Shown here: positions 8,761-17,217 of the stretch, one piece after another
Position numbering within the stretch: position 1 is the stretch's first letter
Layout of the letters: the number at the start of each line of letters is the position of its first letter
Assembly: GCA_964493975.1 (NCBI GenBank)
Contig: CAZBQK010000002.1
Location: 1-62,887, forward strand
DNA from: an uncultured Dehalococcoidales bacterium
Lineage (GTDB): Bacteria > Chloroflexota > UBA6077 > FW602-bin22 > CADDYW01
Direction: 5' to 3'
DNA: 62,887 nt
The notes under the pieces: model-generated
What the model was told of the DNA's origin: nothing
Databases searched by the model: none
Seen by the model: the letters and a program-made list of their open reading frames with translations, nothing else
Position numbers and translations under genes: made by a program

Positions 8761-11700
8761 TTATGGACTGAATACAAGGACCTGATCGAGCTCGGAATCC
8801 GCGACGTAGACGGCGCCCGCCTTGTCCACGGCGATGCCGACTGGTCGCACCATCTGTCCAGCGGCACCAATCTGGTCGACTGGCTGACCGCGCGGATCGA
8901 GATGGACGACGCGGTGACCGCCCGGGTCGGATAGGTAGATGGCGCCGTCCGGGCCAAGCGCGACGTGGGCAGCATTCACCGAATCGGTTTGGGTTATTCC
9001 CAGGTCGCCGACTAACGAAAATGACTGGTCGTAATGACCGAGGACGTGGGCCGTTGGGTCGGTCACGTAAAACGAGCCGTCCGGAGTCACTGCCACGCCG
9101 GTTGGCTCCTGAAGCTGGCCCGTCTGTTTACCATGTTCGCCCAGATTCTTGACTGATTCTCCGTTTGAGTTGAAAACGGCAATTCTTCCAGTGCCAGTAT
9201 CGGCGATGTAGAAGTTTCCGAGGCCGTCGACCGCGATGCCTCGCGGATGATAGAACGCCGCCGACGGGCCACCAAACTTGCCAATAAAGTCACCAGTCGG
9301 CGAGAAGCGTTGGATCCAGGACGTTTCCGAATCCAGGACGACGAGGTTTCCGGCCGGATCGAAAACCGCGGCGCTGGGATCGACGAACTGTCCATCGCCC
9401 GTTCCCTCCTTCCCGATTGCCCGGACGAACTTGCCATCGCTGTTGAACACGTCGACTCGCTTTGCCCCGGCGTCGACGATTGCCACGTTGCCGTCGCCAT
9501 CCACCGCGACCCCCCTGGCCTCGACGAGCTGACCAGGTCCGTTACCTTTTTCACCAACTGTCCGACTCAGCTGAAGATTCGCCGACGGCAACGTGCCAAT
9601 GGTCGCCAGGTTGGATGGCGGCGGCAGCGCTTTGTCGTCCGGAGGGTTACCCGGCGAAGCCAGTGCCGGCCCGGAGAGGTCGATCGACGAGGCGATTGCT
9701 GGCGTGAAGATGGTTTGGGCATTCCGGAGGGGACCTGCTCGTTCCGGATACGCCGCCATTGGCGGAAACACCCGGTCGCCAGGGAGGAGCGACCTGCCAC
9801 CGCCCGGTGGTTGCCAGTAAACGTCGATAAAGCTGTGACCGGTTTGGTCGATAAATCGAATTTTTAGGTCATGGAGCCCTTCAGGAAGGGTGACTGCCCC
9901 TTCCACGTATTGGTCAAGTTGGCGGCTGTTGTCGACGACTAGTCGACCGTCGACGTACAACCAGGAGTAGTCGATTGACTGAGTCCCGAAGCGGTAGATC
10001 CCGGTCGTGGGAACGTCGAGTTTTCCGACCCATTCGACCGTAAATGGTTGGGCGAGGGGAAGGTCGTGATAATGTTTCGAAACGTCCGGATCGATCCTTT
10101 GGATCGAGGGAGCACCACTCCAGTTCGCGTTCGGATAGAAGCTCGCCTGGAGCCCTCGTGTCTTCACCGGCGGCGAAAAGAGCACGTCCGCCGGCACGAC
10201 CTGGAGCAATCCACCGGGTGCCTGCCAGGACAGGCGAAGGTCGGATGGTATTGCGAACGCGGCCGTCACTTCGACGTCGTGGGTTCCCTGTGCGAGGCGG
10301 AGCGATTTCTGCTGACCGCCGTTGACGACCGGCGATTGATCAAGACTGAACCGGGCGCTTGTTGGACCGTCGAGGCGGAAGACATACTCGCCAAAGGCGG
10401 GGGCTTTCAGCGTGCCGCGCCAGGTCACGACAAAGGGCGGCGGCATTGGCGGCGATTGGGCCCAGTGAAAATCGATCGCTCGGTCAACTCGGGAGAAGAC
10501 CGGCTTCGCGTCGTCGCTGGTGCCGGTCGCGTACTGACCGGTCAGCCCCTGGACCGCCTGAACCTGCTTCGTGTCGAGAATCGCCTCATAGAGGATTGCC
10601 GGAGAATTCGCCGTCGCCGAGAAGGATTGATATTTTCCACCCGGATAATCCTGATGAACGGCATCGATCCAGGACTGGTTGGCGTCGCTCCCAAACACGA
10701 CGACGTTCGCGGGAACTCGGAACGGCAGCGACGTGGCCGGATCGAAGGGAAGCTCGCGGGTCAACTGGGGAGCAACGAATTTGATCGTCGGTTGACCGAC
10801 GAAAACCGGATCCATGAACACGGAGTAGGAAGAGCCAAGCCGATTGGCTTCTCGAGCGATAATCGTTGCCTGCGTTGAAAACTCCGCCCAGGATGCGTTG
10901 TCCCAGATCTGATGAAACCAGTAGACGTTGACGTTTGCGTAGCCGACGAGCAACAGGAGGCAAGCGGTGGCAAGGTCGAGAACGCGTATTGAGATCGATC
11001 CAAGCCAACGCCAGATAACCGTCCACGCGTAAGCGATGGGCAAAGCGGCGAGCAGTGAGGTCGCCGGTATGACGCCAATGCTCCGGTAAGACTGTGGTGC
11101 TTCGAAGTCGAGCGACAGAATTCCCGGTAACAGGAGGAACACTAGCCAGAGAAGGAGTAGCGCGAATCGTGGCTGGCGACCGCGGGCGACCGCGAAGATG
11201 ATTCCCAGGACAAAAAGGCCGCCGGTGATATCGTCGAGCTCGGGCGACCCCGCCAAATTGTGACGTCCATTTCGGTCGCCGCGAAAGTTGAACATCTCGA
11301 TGTGCTGGACAACGTTCGAGACGAGCGCCTGGCGGGCTTCCTCCGGACTCTTTCCGGTAAAAAGCGATGCCGTTCGGGTGCGCTCGAGGAACGCCTGCCG
11401 GTCGCCTATTGCAAATAGAGCCAGCGGAGCCAGGATGAGAAATGCCACGAGCCCGGCCGCGACGAGCTGGCGCCCGAATTTGCGTACGAAGGTGACTCGG
11501 CCGTTGGCGACCAGGATGGCGAGCCACACGAGGATCAGCAGGGGAACGACGTTGAAGGCAAGATAAGAATTGAGGCCGAGGCCCACGGCGGTGCCACCAA
11601 GTACAAAGTCACGGGTTCGGCCGGTCCGAAATCCCCGGGCCAAAAAGAAAAGGGCGAACACCAGGAAGAAGGGCGCCGCGATGCCATTCATGCCGAACCG

Positions 11701-12282
11701 GCTGAAATTGACGTGCCAGCGGCTCTGGCTCAGTAGAAACGCCGCGATCAGGCCAACCCGCTGCGAAAACAGCTCGCGACCAAGCAGAAAGACGCCGGGA
11801 ATCGTCAATAGGCCCAGCGCGGCCGACGCCAGGCGAACGGCGAGAATGTTGGAGCCAACGGCCGAGATCCAGGCTGCCATGTAGTAAAAGAATAGAGCTG
11901 GCAGCTGGGTAAGGTCGGAAATGTAGATCGGTTTATAGCTGGGGTCGGTCAGAATCCGTGTCGCTACAAGTCCATTCTGGGCTTCGTCGAACCACACACC
12001 CTGGGGGATTGAGGCCAGATCCCAAAATCTGACCGCGGCACCGCCGAGCAGAATGACGACCATGACCGCCACGATCTGATGTCGACTCAGTGGTGGGTCG
12101 TCGTCCGCATCGATTGACCGGATCGCGTAGAGTCCCAGGGCTCCCGCGACGGCAAGTACGAAGAGGCCGCCCAACAGATCGCCCTGACGAAGGCCTAGGG
12201 CTTGGCCGAGGTAGGCAAGTGCCAGGGACACAACCATGGCAAGGGAGGCGCGAGCCCTTATCCGATATTGACGAATCGTCAC
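8761..12282 (-). CDS. GT-C-type (PMT/ArnT-like, GT39/GT83-like) membrane glycosyltransferase fused to two PA14 domains and a six-bladed NHL-repeat beta-propeller.
   Basis: The N-terminal polytopic region has a first-loop DE motif (GVWFDEAQNG). PA14 x2 lie at about 10549-10205 and 10156-9797 (GLTGQYATG...FVVTWRGTL..GEYVFRL; GLQASFYPNANWSG...FTVEWVGKL..GIYRFG..DYSWLYVDG). Six NHL blades lie at about 9540-8764 (GVAVDGDGNVAIVD, AAVFDPAGNLVVLD, RGIAVDGLGNFYIAD and others). I chose GTG 12282 because it overlaps the upstream stop (GTGA). ATG 12237 is an alternative. The ORF-track start at 12540 would overlap the upstream gene by 262 nt. Confidence 0.8.
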   Translation of the reverse strand: MTIRQYRIRARASLAMVVSLALAYLGQALGLRQGDLLGGLFVLAVAGALGLYAIRSIDADDDPPLSRHQIVAVMVVILLGGAAVRFWDLASIPQGVWFDEAQNGLVATRILTDPSYKPIYISDLTQLPALFFYYMAAWISAVGSNILAVRLASAALGLLTIPGVFLLGRELFSQRVGLIAAFLLSQSRWHVNFSRFGMNGIAAPFFLVFALFFLARGFRTGRTRDFVLGGTAVGLGLNSYLAFNVVPLLILVWLAILVANGRVTFVRKFGRQLVAAGLVAFLILAPLALFAIGDRQAFLERTRTASLFTGKSPEEARQALVSNVVQHIEMFNFRGDRNGRHNLAGSPELDDITGGLFVLGIIFAVARGRQPRFALLLLWLVFLLLPGILSLDFEAPQSYRSIGVIPATSLLAALPIAYAWTVIWRWLGSISIRVLDLATACLLLLVGYANVNVYWFHQIWDNASWAEFSTQATIIAREANRLGSSYSVFMDPVFVGQPTIKFVAPQLTRELPFDPATSLPFRVPANVVVFGSDANQSWIDAVHQDYPGGKYQSFSATANSPAILYEAILDTKQVQAVQGLTGQYATGTSDDAKPVFSRVDRAIDFHWAQSPPMPPPFVVTWRGTLKAPAFGEYVFRLDGPTSARFSLDQSPVVNGGQQKSLRLAQGTHDVEVTAAFAIPSDLRLSWQAPGGLLQVVPADVLFSPPVKTRGLQASFYPNANWSGAPSIQRIDPDVSKHYHDLPLAQPFTVEWVGKLDVPTTGIYRFGTQSIDYSWLYVDGRLVVDNSRQLDQYVEGAVTLPEGLHDLKIRFIDQTGHSFIDVYWQPPGGGRSLLPGDRVFPPMAAYPERAGPLRNAQTIFTPAIASSIDLSGPALASPGNPPDDKALPPPSNLATIGTLPSANLQLSRTVGEKGNGPGQLVEARGVAVDGDGNVAIVDAGAKRVDVFNSDGKFVRAIGKEGTGDGQFVDPSAAVFDPAGNLVVLDSETSWIQRFSPTGDFIGKFGGPSAAFYHPRGIAVDGLGNFYIADTGTGRIAVFNSNGESVKNLGEHGKQTGQLQEPTGVAVTPDGSFYVTDPTAHVLGHYDQSFSLVGDLGITQTDSVNAAHVALGPDGAIYLSDPGGHRVVHLDPRGQPVDQIGAAGQMVRPVGIAVDKAGAVYVADSELDQVLVFSP

Positions 12283-13367
12283 GGTCCAAGCTCGACTGGG
12301 TGAGCCGAGCGTACCCTGGCCCGTCGCCAGAGGTGGCCAAATGTGAGCCCGGTGCGCCACAAGAAGAACAAGCCGACGACGACGACCGGGAAGAATAGGA
12401 CCGCGTGGAGGACAATCGTCATCCCGAACGCGGTCGTCGTCGCTACGCCGAGAAGAACAAGCATACGTTCGGCCACCGCTTCGAATGCGCCAAGTCCGGC
12501 CGGAGCGAGAGGCACCGCCGTCGCCAGGTTCACAACGCAAATCGTTGTGATCGCGGAGAGAGGCGAGAGCGAAACGTCAAAGGCCGCGCCTACCAATACG
12601 TAGGTCACCGCGCCAATGACCCAGATCGCAATCGACAACACGAGCGTCTCGGTCAGGCGGCGAAGATCCTTCAGCGCTCCCAGTCCATCAATGAAACCGG
12701 CAATGGCACGCAGAGCCGGTAATCGGACTCGTGGCGGTAGGCGTTCGAGCGTTTCCCGGGCAAGATCGATCCAGATTCGTCGTCCCAGAATGAGAAGCGC
12801 GATGAACAAAGTTCCGATCCCGAAGGTGACACCAGCCAGGAGAGCGAGCGCGGATACCCAGTCGCCCCCCGGCCCAATCGCTGCTGGTATAAAAGGCAGC
12901 GTCACGAGCAGGAGAGTTACCACGGTGAGGCCGTCGACAATCCGCTCAATCGCCACCGATGCCAGTACGACGCCGATCTCCACCTGCTCGCGCTGAGCGA
13001 CGAGATAGGCTCGGCTTAGCTCCCCAATGCGAACCGGCAGAAGATTGTTCGCCATGTAGCCGATCGCGAGGACGGGATAAAGTCGCCGCGCGGGAATTTT
13101 CCCGGTGGGGCAGAGTAAGACTTGCCACCGCAGGGCCCGAAAGCCGAGGTCGACAAAGTACACGATGGTTGCCAGGAGGACATACGGATAGCGGATTCCG
13201 ACGACGATCTGACCCATTCCGGGCAGATCGACCTCTCGGGCGGCGAGCCAGAGAAGAACGATACTGATGGCGATTCCCCCGCCCACCCGTGCCCAAGGAA
13301 TCGCAAAAGGTGGTTGACCGGTCACCAGGCCGGGCCGGTCGCTAACGTCATTTGTCTGGTTCCTCAT
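12279..13367 (-). CDS. Flippase-like integral membrane protein (LPG_synthase_TM / UPF0104 family, MprF flippase-domain type).
   Basis: 362-aa polytopic protein; I recognise the family by overall pattern. The ATG start overlaps the GT2 stop (ATGA). GT2 plus UPF0104 is a recurrent gene pair. Confidence 0.65.
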   Translation of the reverse strand: MRNQTNDVSDRPGLVTGQPPFAIPWARVGGGIAISIVLLWLAAREVDLPGMGQIVVGIRYPYVLLATIVYFVDLGFRALRWQVLLCPTGKIPARRLYPVLAIGYMANNLLPVRIGELSRAYLVAQREQVEIGVVLASVAIERIVDGLTVVTLLLVTLPFIPAAIGPGGDWVSALALLAGVTFGIGTLFIALLILGRRIWIDLARETLERLPPRVRLPALRAIAGFIDGLGALKDLRRLTETLVLSIAIWVIGAVTYVLVGAAFDVSLSPLSAITTICVVNLATAVPLAPAGLGAFEAVAERMLVLLGVATTTAFGMTIVLHAVLFFPVVVVGLFFLWRTGLTFGHLWRRARVRSAHPVELGP

Positions 13368-14254
13368 GGAGCCGGCAATCGACCGTCATCACGCCGGACC
13401 TCCCCATGTAGTGGGGCGTCGCCAGGCGGCCGACCTGAAGCGGTGGTATCGTTGACAGCCGGGGCACTCCGGGGAGTCTGCGCAAGATAGTGGCGGCTCA
13501 CGACGTCGGCGAATCGCTTGCGGAATTGCGGGACCGGACGGGCGCCCAAACGGTCGAGGAGAAATCGGATAACCACTCGGAGGGTCGCAACGCCGTAGAT
13601 GACGCTATTCCGAAAGTTGACCGACGACGCCTCCTTGAAATAGCGGGTTGGGACGGGGACCTCGGCAATCTTAAAACCGAAGGCAACGGTCTGGGCGATG
13701 ACTTCGGTGTCGAAAACGAACTTATCGGAATTCAGAACGAAGGGAATCGTCGTCAGAAGTCGCCGACTATAAGCCCTAAATCCGGTATGACATTCGGAAA
13801 GCTGTTGTTGAAACGCCGCGTTTTCGACGATCGTGAGAAATCGATTGGAGAGAAACTTGTAAAGCGGCATGCCACCGGCCAGCGCTCCGCCGTCCAACAG
13901 CCGCGACCCGAGGACAAGGTCGGCTTCACCCCGTCGAATGGGCTCGATTAATGCCGGTACGCGACGAGAATCATATTGATAGTCGGGGTGCAACATGACG
14001 ACGATGTCCGCCCCGTCTTTCAGAGCTTCGAGGTAACACGTTTTTTGGTTGCCGCCGTATCCACGGTTTTGAACGTGGACGATGACGGTGAGGCCAAGCC
14101 TTCGCGCGATCTCAACCGTGTCATCGTGGCTAACGTCGTCCACGAGGATGACCTTGTCCACGACCCCGTTGGGTAGATCGGCATACGTTCGTTCGAGCGT
14201 CCGGGCGGCGTTATAGGCGGGCATCACCACGACGACCCGGTTCTCGCCAGACAA
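13364..14254 (-). CDS. Family-2 glycosyltransferase, Dpm1/polyprenol-phosphate hexose synthase-like.
   Basis: VVVMPAYNAARTLERT...VILVDDVSHDDT (GT-A DXD region) and HPDYQYD. TTG start sits 9 nt after GGAG. Confidence 0.85.
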   Translation of the reverse strand: MSGENRVVVVMPAYNAARTLERTYADLPNGVVDKVILVDDVSHDDTVEIARRLGLTVIVHVQNRGYGGNQKTCYLEALKDGADIVVMLHPDYQYDSRRVPALIEPIRRGEADLVLGSRLLDGGALAGGMPLYKFLSNRFLTIVENAAFQQQLSECHTGFRAYSRRLLTTIPFVLNSDKFVFDTEVIAQTVAFGFKIAEVPVPTRYFKEASSVNFRNSVIYGVATLRVVIRFLLDRLGARPVPQFRKRFADVVSRHYLAQTPRSAPAVNDTTASGRPPGDAPLHGEVRRDDGRLPAP

Positions 14255-14376
14255 CGAGGAATCTCCAGCCTTACCGCGGTTTATGGGTGGGCGACGCGGG
14301 AGCTTCTTTCATCGGACATCCGCCGACACAACGATCCCGGCTGGCCAGCGTTTGGACGTTGAGTTTCACCGATGGC

Positions 14377-14406
14377 ATTGTACGAGGAAGACGGCCTTTG
14401 GCGCAA
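14377..14406 (-). promoter_or_regulatory. Candidate sigma-70-type promoter TTGCGC-18-TACAAT for the GT2/flippase/GT-C-PA14-NHL sub-operon.
   Basis: Read on the minus strand in the only sizeable gap (182 nt) within the glycosylation locus. Confidence 0.3.
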
Positions 14407-14436
14407 TTCGTCTTTCGGCGGACCGTTCGCGGTCAG

Positions 14437-17217
14437 TCACCCCCGAAAGGCCGTTAGCACCGTGCCGGTCAGCCGGTAAAACGTCCTCCCCGGGAAGTCG
14501 GCCACGAGCTTCCGGTCCTCGGCGTCGCCCAGGTCGCGAGCGTAAATGACGTCACCCTGGAGAAGTGGGTCGTTAGCAGGAAAGACCATGCCGTACTCCC
14601 ACCATTCGTACTGGTTTCCGACATCGGCGAAGACAACGGCGTTATGGATTCCGCTCGCTTGAACGGCGTCTAACTTCGCTGCGCTGACGTAGTTATAGCC
14701 GTGGTACAGCCTCAGCTGTCCTGGCAGGTAAAGCACGACGTTGAATGCGATCAAGGCAGCGATCAGGGCAAAGACGGCGCCGCTTACCGCGCGATGCTCG
14801 TTTCGCGCCTGAAGAACCGCACCCGGTTCGTCGACCGACGAGGTGGTTCCAAAGCCGAGAAGGACGTCGAATCCCCGAGCCGTCAGCAAGATCAAGAATC
14901 CAAATCCCTCGTAGTAAAACCGAGGTCCGTACATTATTCCGTCGGCCCACCAACAGGCGTAACCGACGACTAACCCAAGGAAGCCTGCAAGGAACAACCA
15001 GTCCCAGGTGCGGGCACGGGCGGTCAGAAACGGAATCGGAAAAAACGCCAGGGTAAGAAACGTCGGCCACCCGAAAGCATGAGTTAGTAGCTCGCTTAGG
15101 TTCCGACTGGTGTTGTTGAGCGCGTCGACCGGGGTGAAGCCCCACGGTCCATGGTCCGGACCAAAACCCACTTGATCGAACGGCCACCACAATTGCTGGG
15201 GTGGATAGAACCAATTCCCGGTGAACACCCGGTTATACGCTAGAAAAACCGCTATGAACGGAATCGCGGCGACGACCGTCAAGGCGTACCGGGTAATCCC
15301 GTCGCGTGGCTGCCGCGCAGCCTTGACCAGGGCGTAGACGGCCAGCGGCAAGCTTAGCGGAATGGCCGTAAACGGCCGAATCAAGAAGAGGATCCCGAAG
15401 GCGACGCCGGTCAAGATCGCCGGAAGAATCGGGCGGCTCGACCGCGAGGTGCGCAGAAAGCACCACGTCATCAGGAGGGTGAAAAGTAGCCCACTCGCAT
15501 GGGACATGAACGAGCCGGAAAGAAACAAGAAAAACGGGGCGCTCAAGCCAAGAAGTGCCGCGAGTAGGCCAACCCGGGGACGGTAAATTTCCGCTCCGAG
15601 CCGGTAGAGCACGACGAGCGAAAGAGCAGCGCAGATTGGATCGACCACCCATGGCGCCTTGGCCAGCTCGCCAAGCGCAAGGATCATCGGCCAGCCCGGC
15701 GGGTACTTGCTAAACCATCGCCCGGCCGTGTCCATCAAGATGAACTCGTGGGTGAAGAACTGAGGGTGGGATGGCGTCGGCACCCAGAGGCGACCAAGGG
15801 CAAACGTCTTCGCCTGAAAGACGTAGGCCACCGAGTCCTGGACGTGCGGGATGCGTTCGAGAAGCGTATTGGCCACATACAGGGTAGATGCGAGACCGGC
15901 TAGTGCAATCAACGCCGCGGTGATATTGGCGAGGCGGTTGGGGTGGGACGGTTGCCCCGTCGCAGCGGACACGTTCGACGTCGGGAGCGCCAGGACGCCC
16001 TCACCCGGCTGCGGCCGGCCTCTCCCAGCGGGGAGAGGCGGAACGTCCGCTCTACGAGCGGGGTGAGGCGGAACGTCCGCTCTCTCAGCGGGGAGAGGCG
16101 GAACGTCCGCTCTCCCAGCGGGGAGAGGCGGAATCGACGTACTCCCCGCGAGCAGTGGAGGAAGGGTCGCCTTCCCATTAGGAACAGGTGAAACTTGCTC
16201 GCTCGCGGCGGCACGGGGTGGAGCGACCGCGCTGCCCGCGTCGGGAGGTCCTTCCCCCTCTCCCTCTGGGAGAGGGTTGGGGTGAGGGTCGTACCCCCTC
16301 CCCGGTCGTGCTCCAATAATCAGCCTCTGAGGGAATGAGCGTTTGTCGTCGCCGCGCTCACCAGTTTCAGTGACAACCGCCATGGTGAAGTCTCGACCGC
16401 GGCGTCGGAGATTCGCGACCCAGGCAAGTACGCCGATCGCGCCGACGATGGTTGCGCCGCTGGGCAGCCCACCCAGGGCGAGGCGAGCGACGTCTTGAAT
16501 GCTAGACACTGGATCTTTCGAGAACGAACGGTACGGAGCGGTAGCTATGGGACCGTACCACTGGCCGTCACGAACCTCGTACCACATTACGTCGCGATTT
16601 TCAGGTCGGAAGTAGAACAGCAAACCGTTCCCGCCGGTCGGCTCGCCGACGAAGACTCCGGCCGCCGTCCGGGGACGGAGCAGGTCGACGTCGACGGCAA
16701 ATGTCTCGGTGGGGGGCGTCGACGCCATGGCCAAACCCGGACGCGCCGAGGCGTAGCCTCCAAGTGGGTGAATGAACCACCCACCGAAGCGAGGCGACAC
16801 GTCGCTCGTCGTCCGATCACCGGACGGCTGACCCGGGATTAGCCTGATGTGGGGGGTATCCCAGGCGCTCTCGGTTCCGAGCCGATAAATTAGCTCGGCG
16901 ATGCTGGTCGACGTTTCATCGGCCGTGCTCGACGGCTGCCAGACGATTGGTGCGTTCGGATCGCTTCCCTGGAGGAATAATCCGTAGGTGGCTGGACCAT
17001 GATCTGGACGAGCCGCCTGAACCAGCGTCGGGCCCACCCGCCCGGACACCGACGTGGGAGTCACGGTCAGCGAGACCGGCAGCCGCTCCGTGAGCGACCA
17101 CGCCAGAATAGCCGGGAGTATAAGTAGCCCGACGGCAACAACTATTGCCCGGCGATAACCGTCCGTCCTGCTCTTCACCAAGTTTGTCGAAAGCGTTGCC
17201 TCATTGGATCGGTGCAA
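14437..17217 (-). CDS. Membrane protein with an N-terminal anchored extracytoplasmic domain, a repeat-derived low-complexity linker and a C-terminal GT-C (PMT_2/ArnT-like) glycosyltransferase domain.
   Basis: The C-terminal half is polytopic, with ...ERIPHVQDSVAYVFQAKTF...SKYPPGWPMILALGE.. in ArnT/PMT_2 style. The TTG start at 17217 overlaps the upstream gene by 17 nt. In-frame TTG 17181 and GTG 17178 are alternatives. Confidence 0.7.
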   Translation of the reverse strand: MHRSNEATLSTNLVKSRTDGYRRAIVVAVGLLILPAILAWSLTERLPVSLTVTPTSVSGRVGPTLVQAARPDHGPATYGLFLQGSDPNAPIVWQPSSTADETSTSIAELIYRLGTESAWDTPHIRLIPGQPSGDRTTSDVSPRFGGWFIHPLGGYASARPGLAMASTPPTETFAVDVDLLRPRTAAGVFVGEPTGGNGLLFYFRPENRDVMWYEVRDGQWYGPIATAPYRSFSKDPVSSIQDVARLALGGLPSGATIVGAIGVLAWVANLRRRGRDFTMAVVTETGERGDDKRSFPQRLIIGARPGRGYDPHPNPLPEGEGEGPPDAGSAVAPPRAAASEQVSPVPNGKATLPPLLAGSTSIPPLPAGRADVPPLPAERADVPPHPARRADVPPLPAGRGRPQPGEGVLALPTSNVSAATGQPSHPNRLANITAALIALAGLASTLYVANTLLERIPHVQDSVAYVFQAKTFALGRLWVPTPSHPQFFTHEFILMDTAGRWFSKYPPGWPMILALGELAKAPWVVDPICAALSLVVLYRLGAEIYRPRVGLLAALLGLSAPFFLFLSGSFMSHASGLLFTLLMTWCFLRTSRSSRPILPAILTGVAFGILFLIRPFTAIPLSLPLAVYALVKAARQPRDGITRYALTVVAAIPFIAVFLAYNRVFTGNWFYPPQQLWWPFDQVGFGPDHGPWGFTPVDALNNTSRNLSELLTHAFGWPTFLTLAFFPIPFLTARARTWDWLFLAGFLGLVVGYACWWADGIMYGPRFYYEGFGFLILLTARGFDVLLGFGTTSSVDEPGAVLQARNEHRAVSGAVFALIAALIAFNVVLYLPGQLRLYHGYNYVSAAKLDAVQASGIHNAVVFADVGNQYEWWEYGMVFPANDPLLQGDVIYARDLGDAEDRKLVADFPGRTFYRLTGTVLTAFRG
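16021..16140. repeat. Tandem array of 4 x 30 nt (tctcccagcggggagaggcggaacgtccgc), each unit able to form a tctccc/gggaga hairpin, in frame inside the 926-aa CDS.
   Basis: Units at 16021, 16051, 16081 and 16111 differ by 0-3 nt, and the last diverges at its 3' end. The array encodes PPLPAGRADV/PPLPAERADV/PPHPARRADV/PPLPAGRG. Confidence 0.9.
16256..16289. repeat. REP-like hairpin ccctctccc-tct-gggagaggg followed by ttggggtgagggt, inside the same CDS.
   Basis: Perfect 9-bp stem. The same motif family occurs intergenically at 40869, 45723 and 45847. Here it encodes ..NPLPEGEGEG.. Confidence 0.8.

Noticed and set aside
16021-16140. Regular 30-nt repeats that might suggest a CRISPR array.
   Set aside because: The units are directly adjacent with no spacers. 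There are only four copies, they lie inside a long ORF in frame, and no cas genes are nearby. This is a tandem repeat, not a CRISPR.
14437-17217. Possibility that the 926-aa ORF is really two genes (N-terminal anchored domain plus GT-C) separated by repeat elements.
   Set aside because: I could not support it. The frame is open throughout, and I see no SD-preceded start just before the GT-C domain. It is kept as one CDS, with the uncertainty flagged in the findings.
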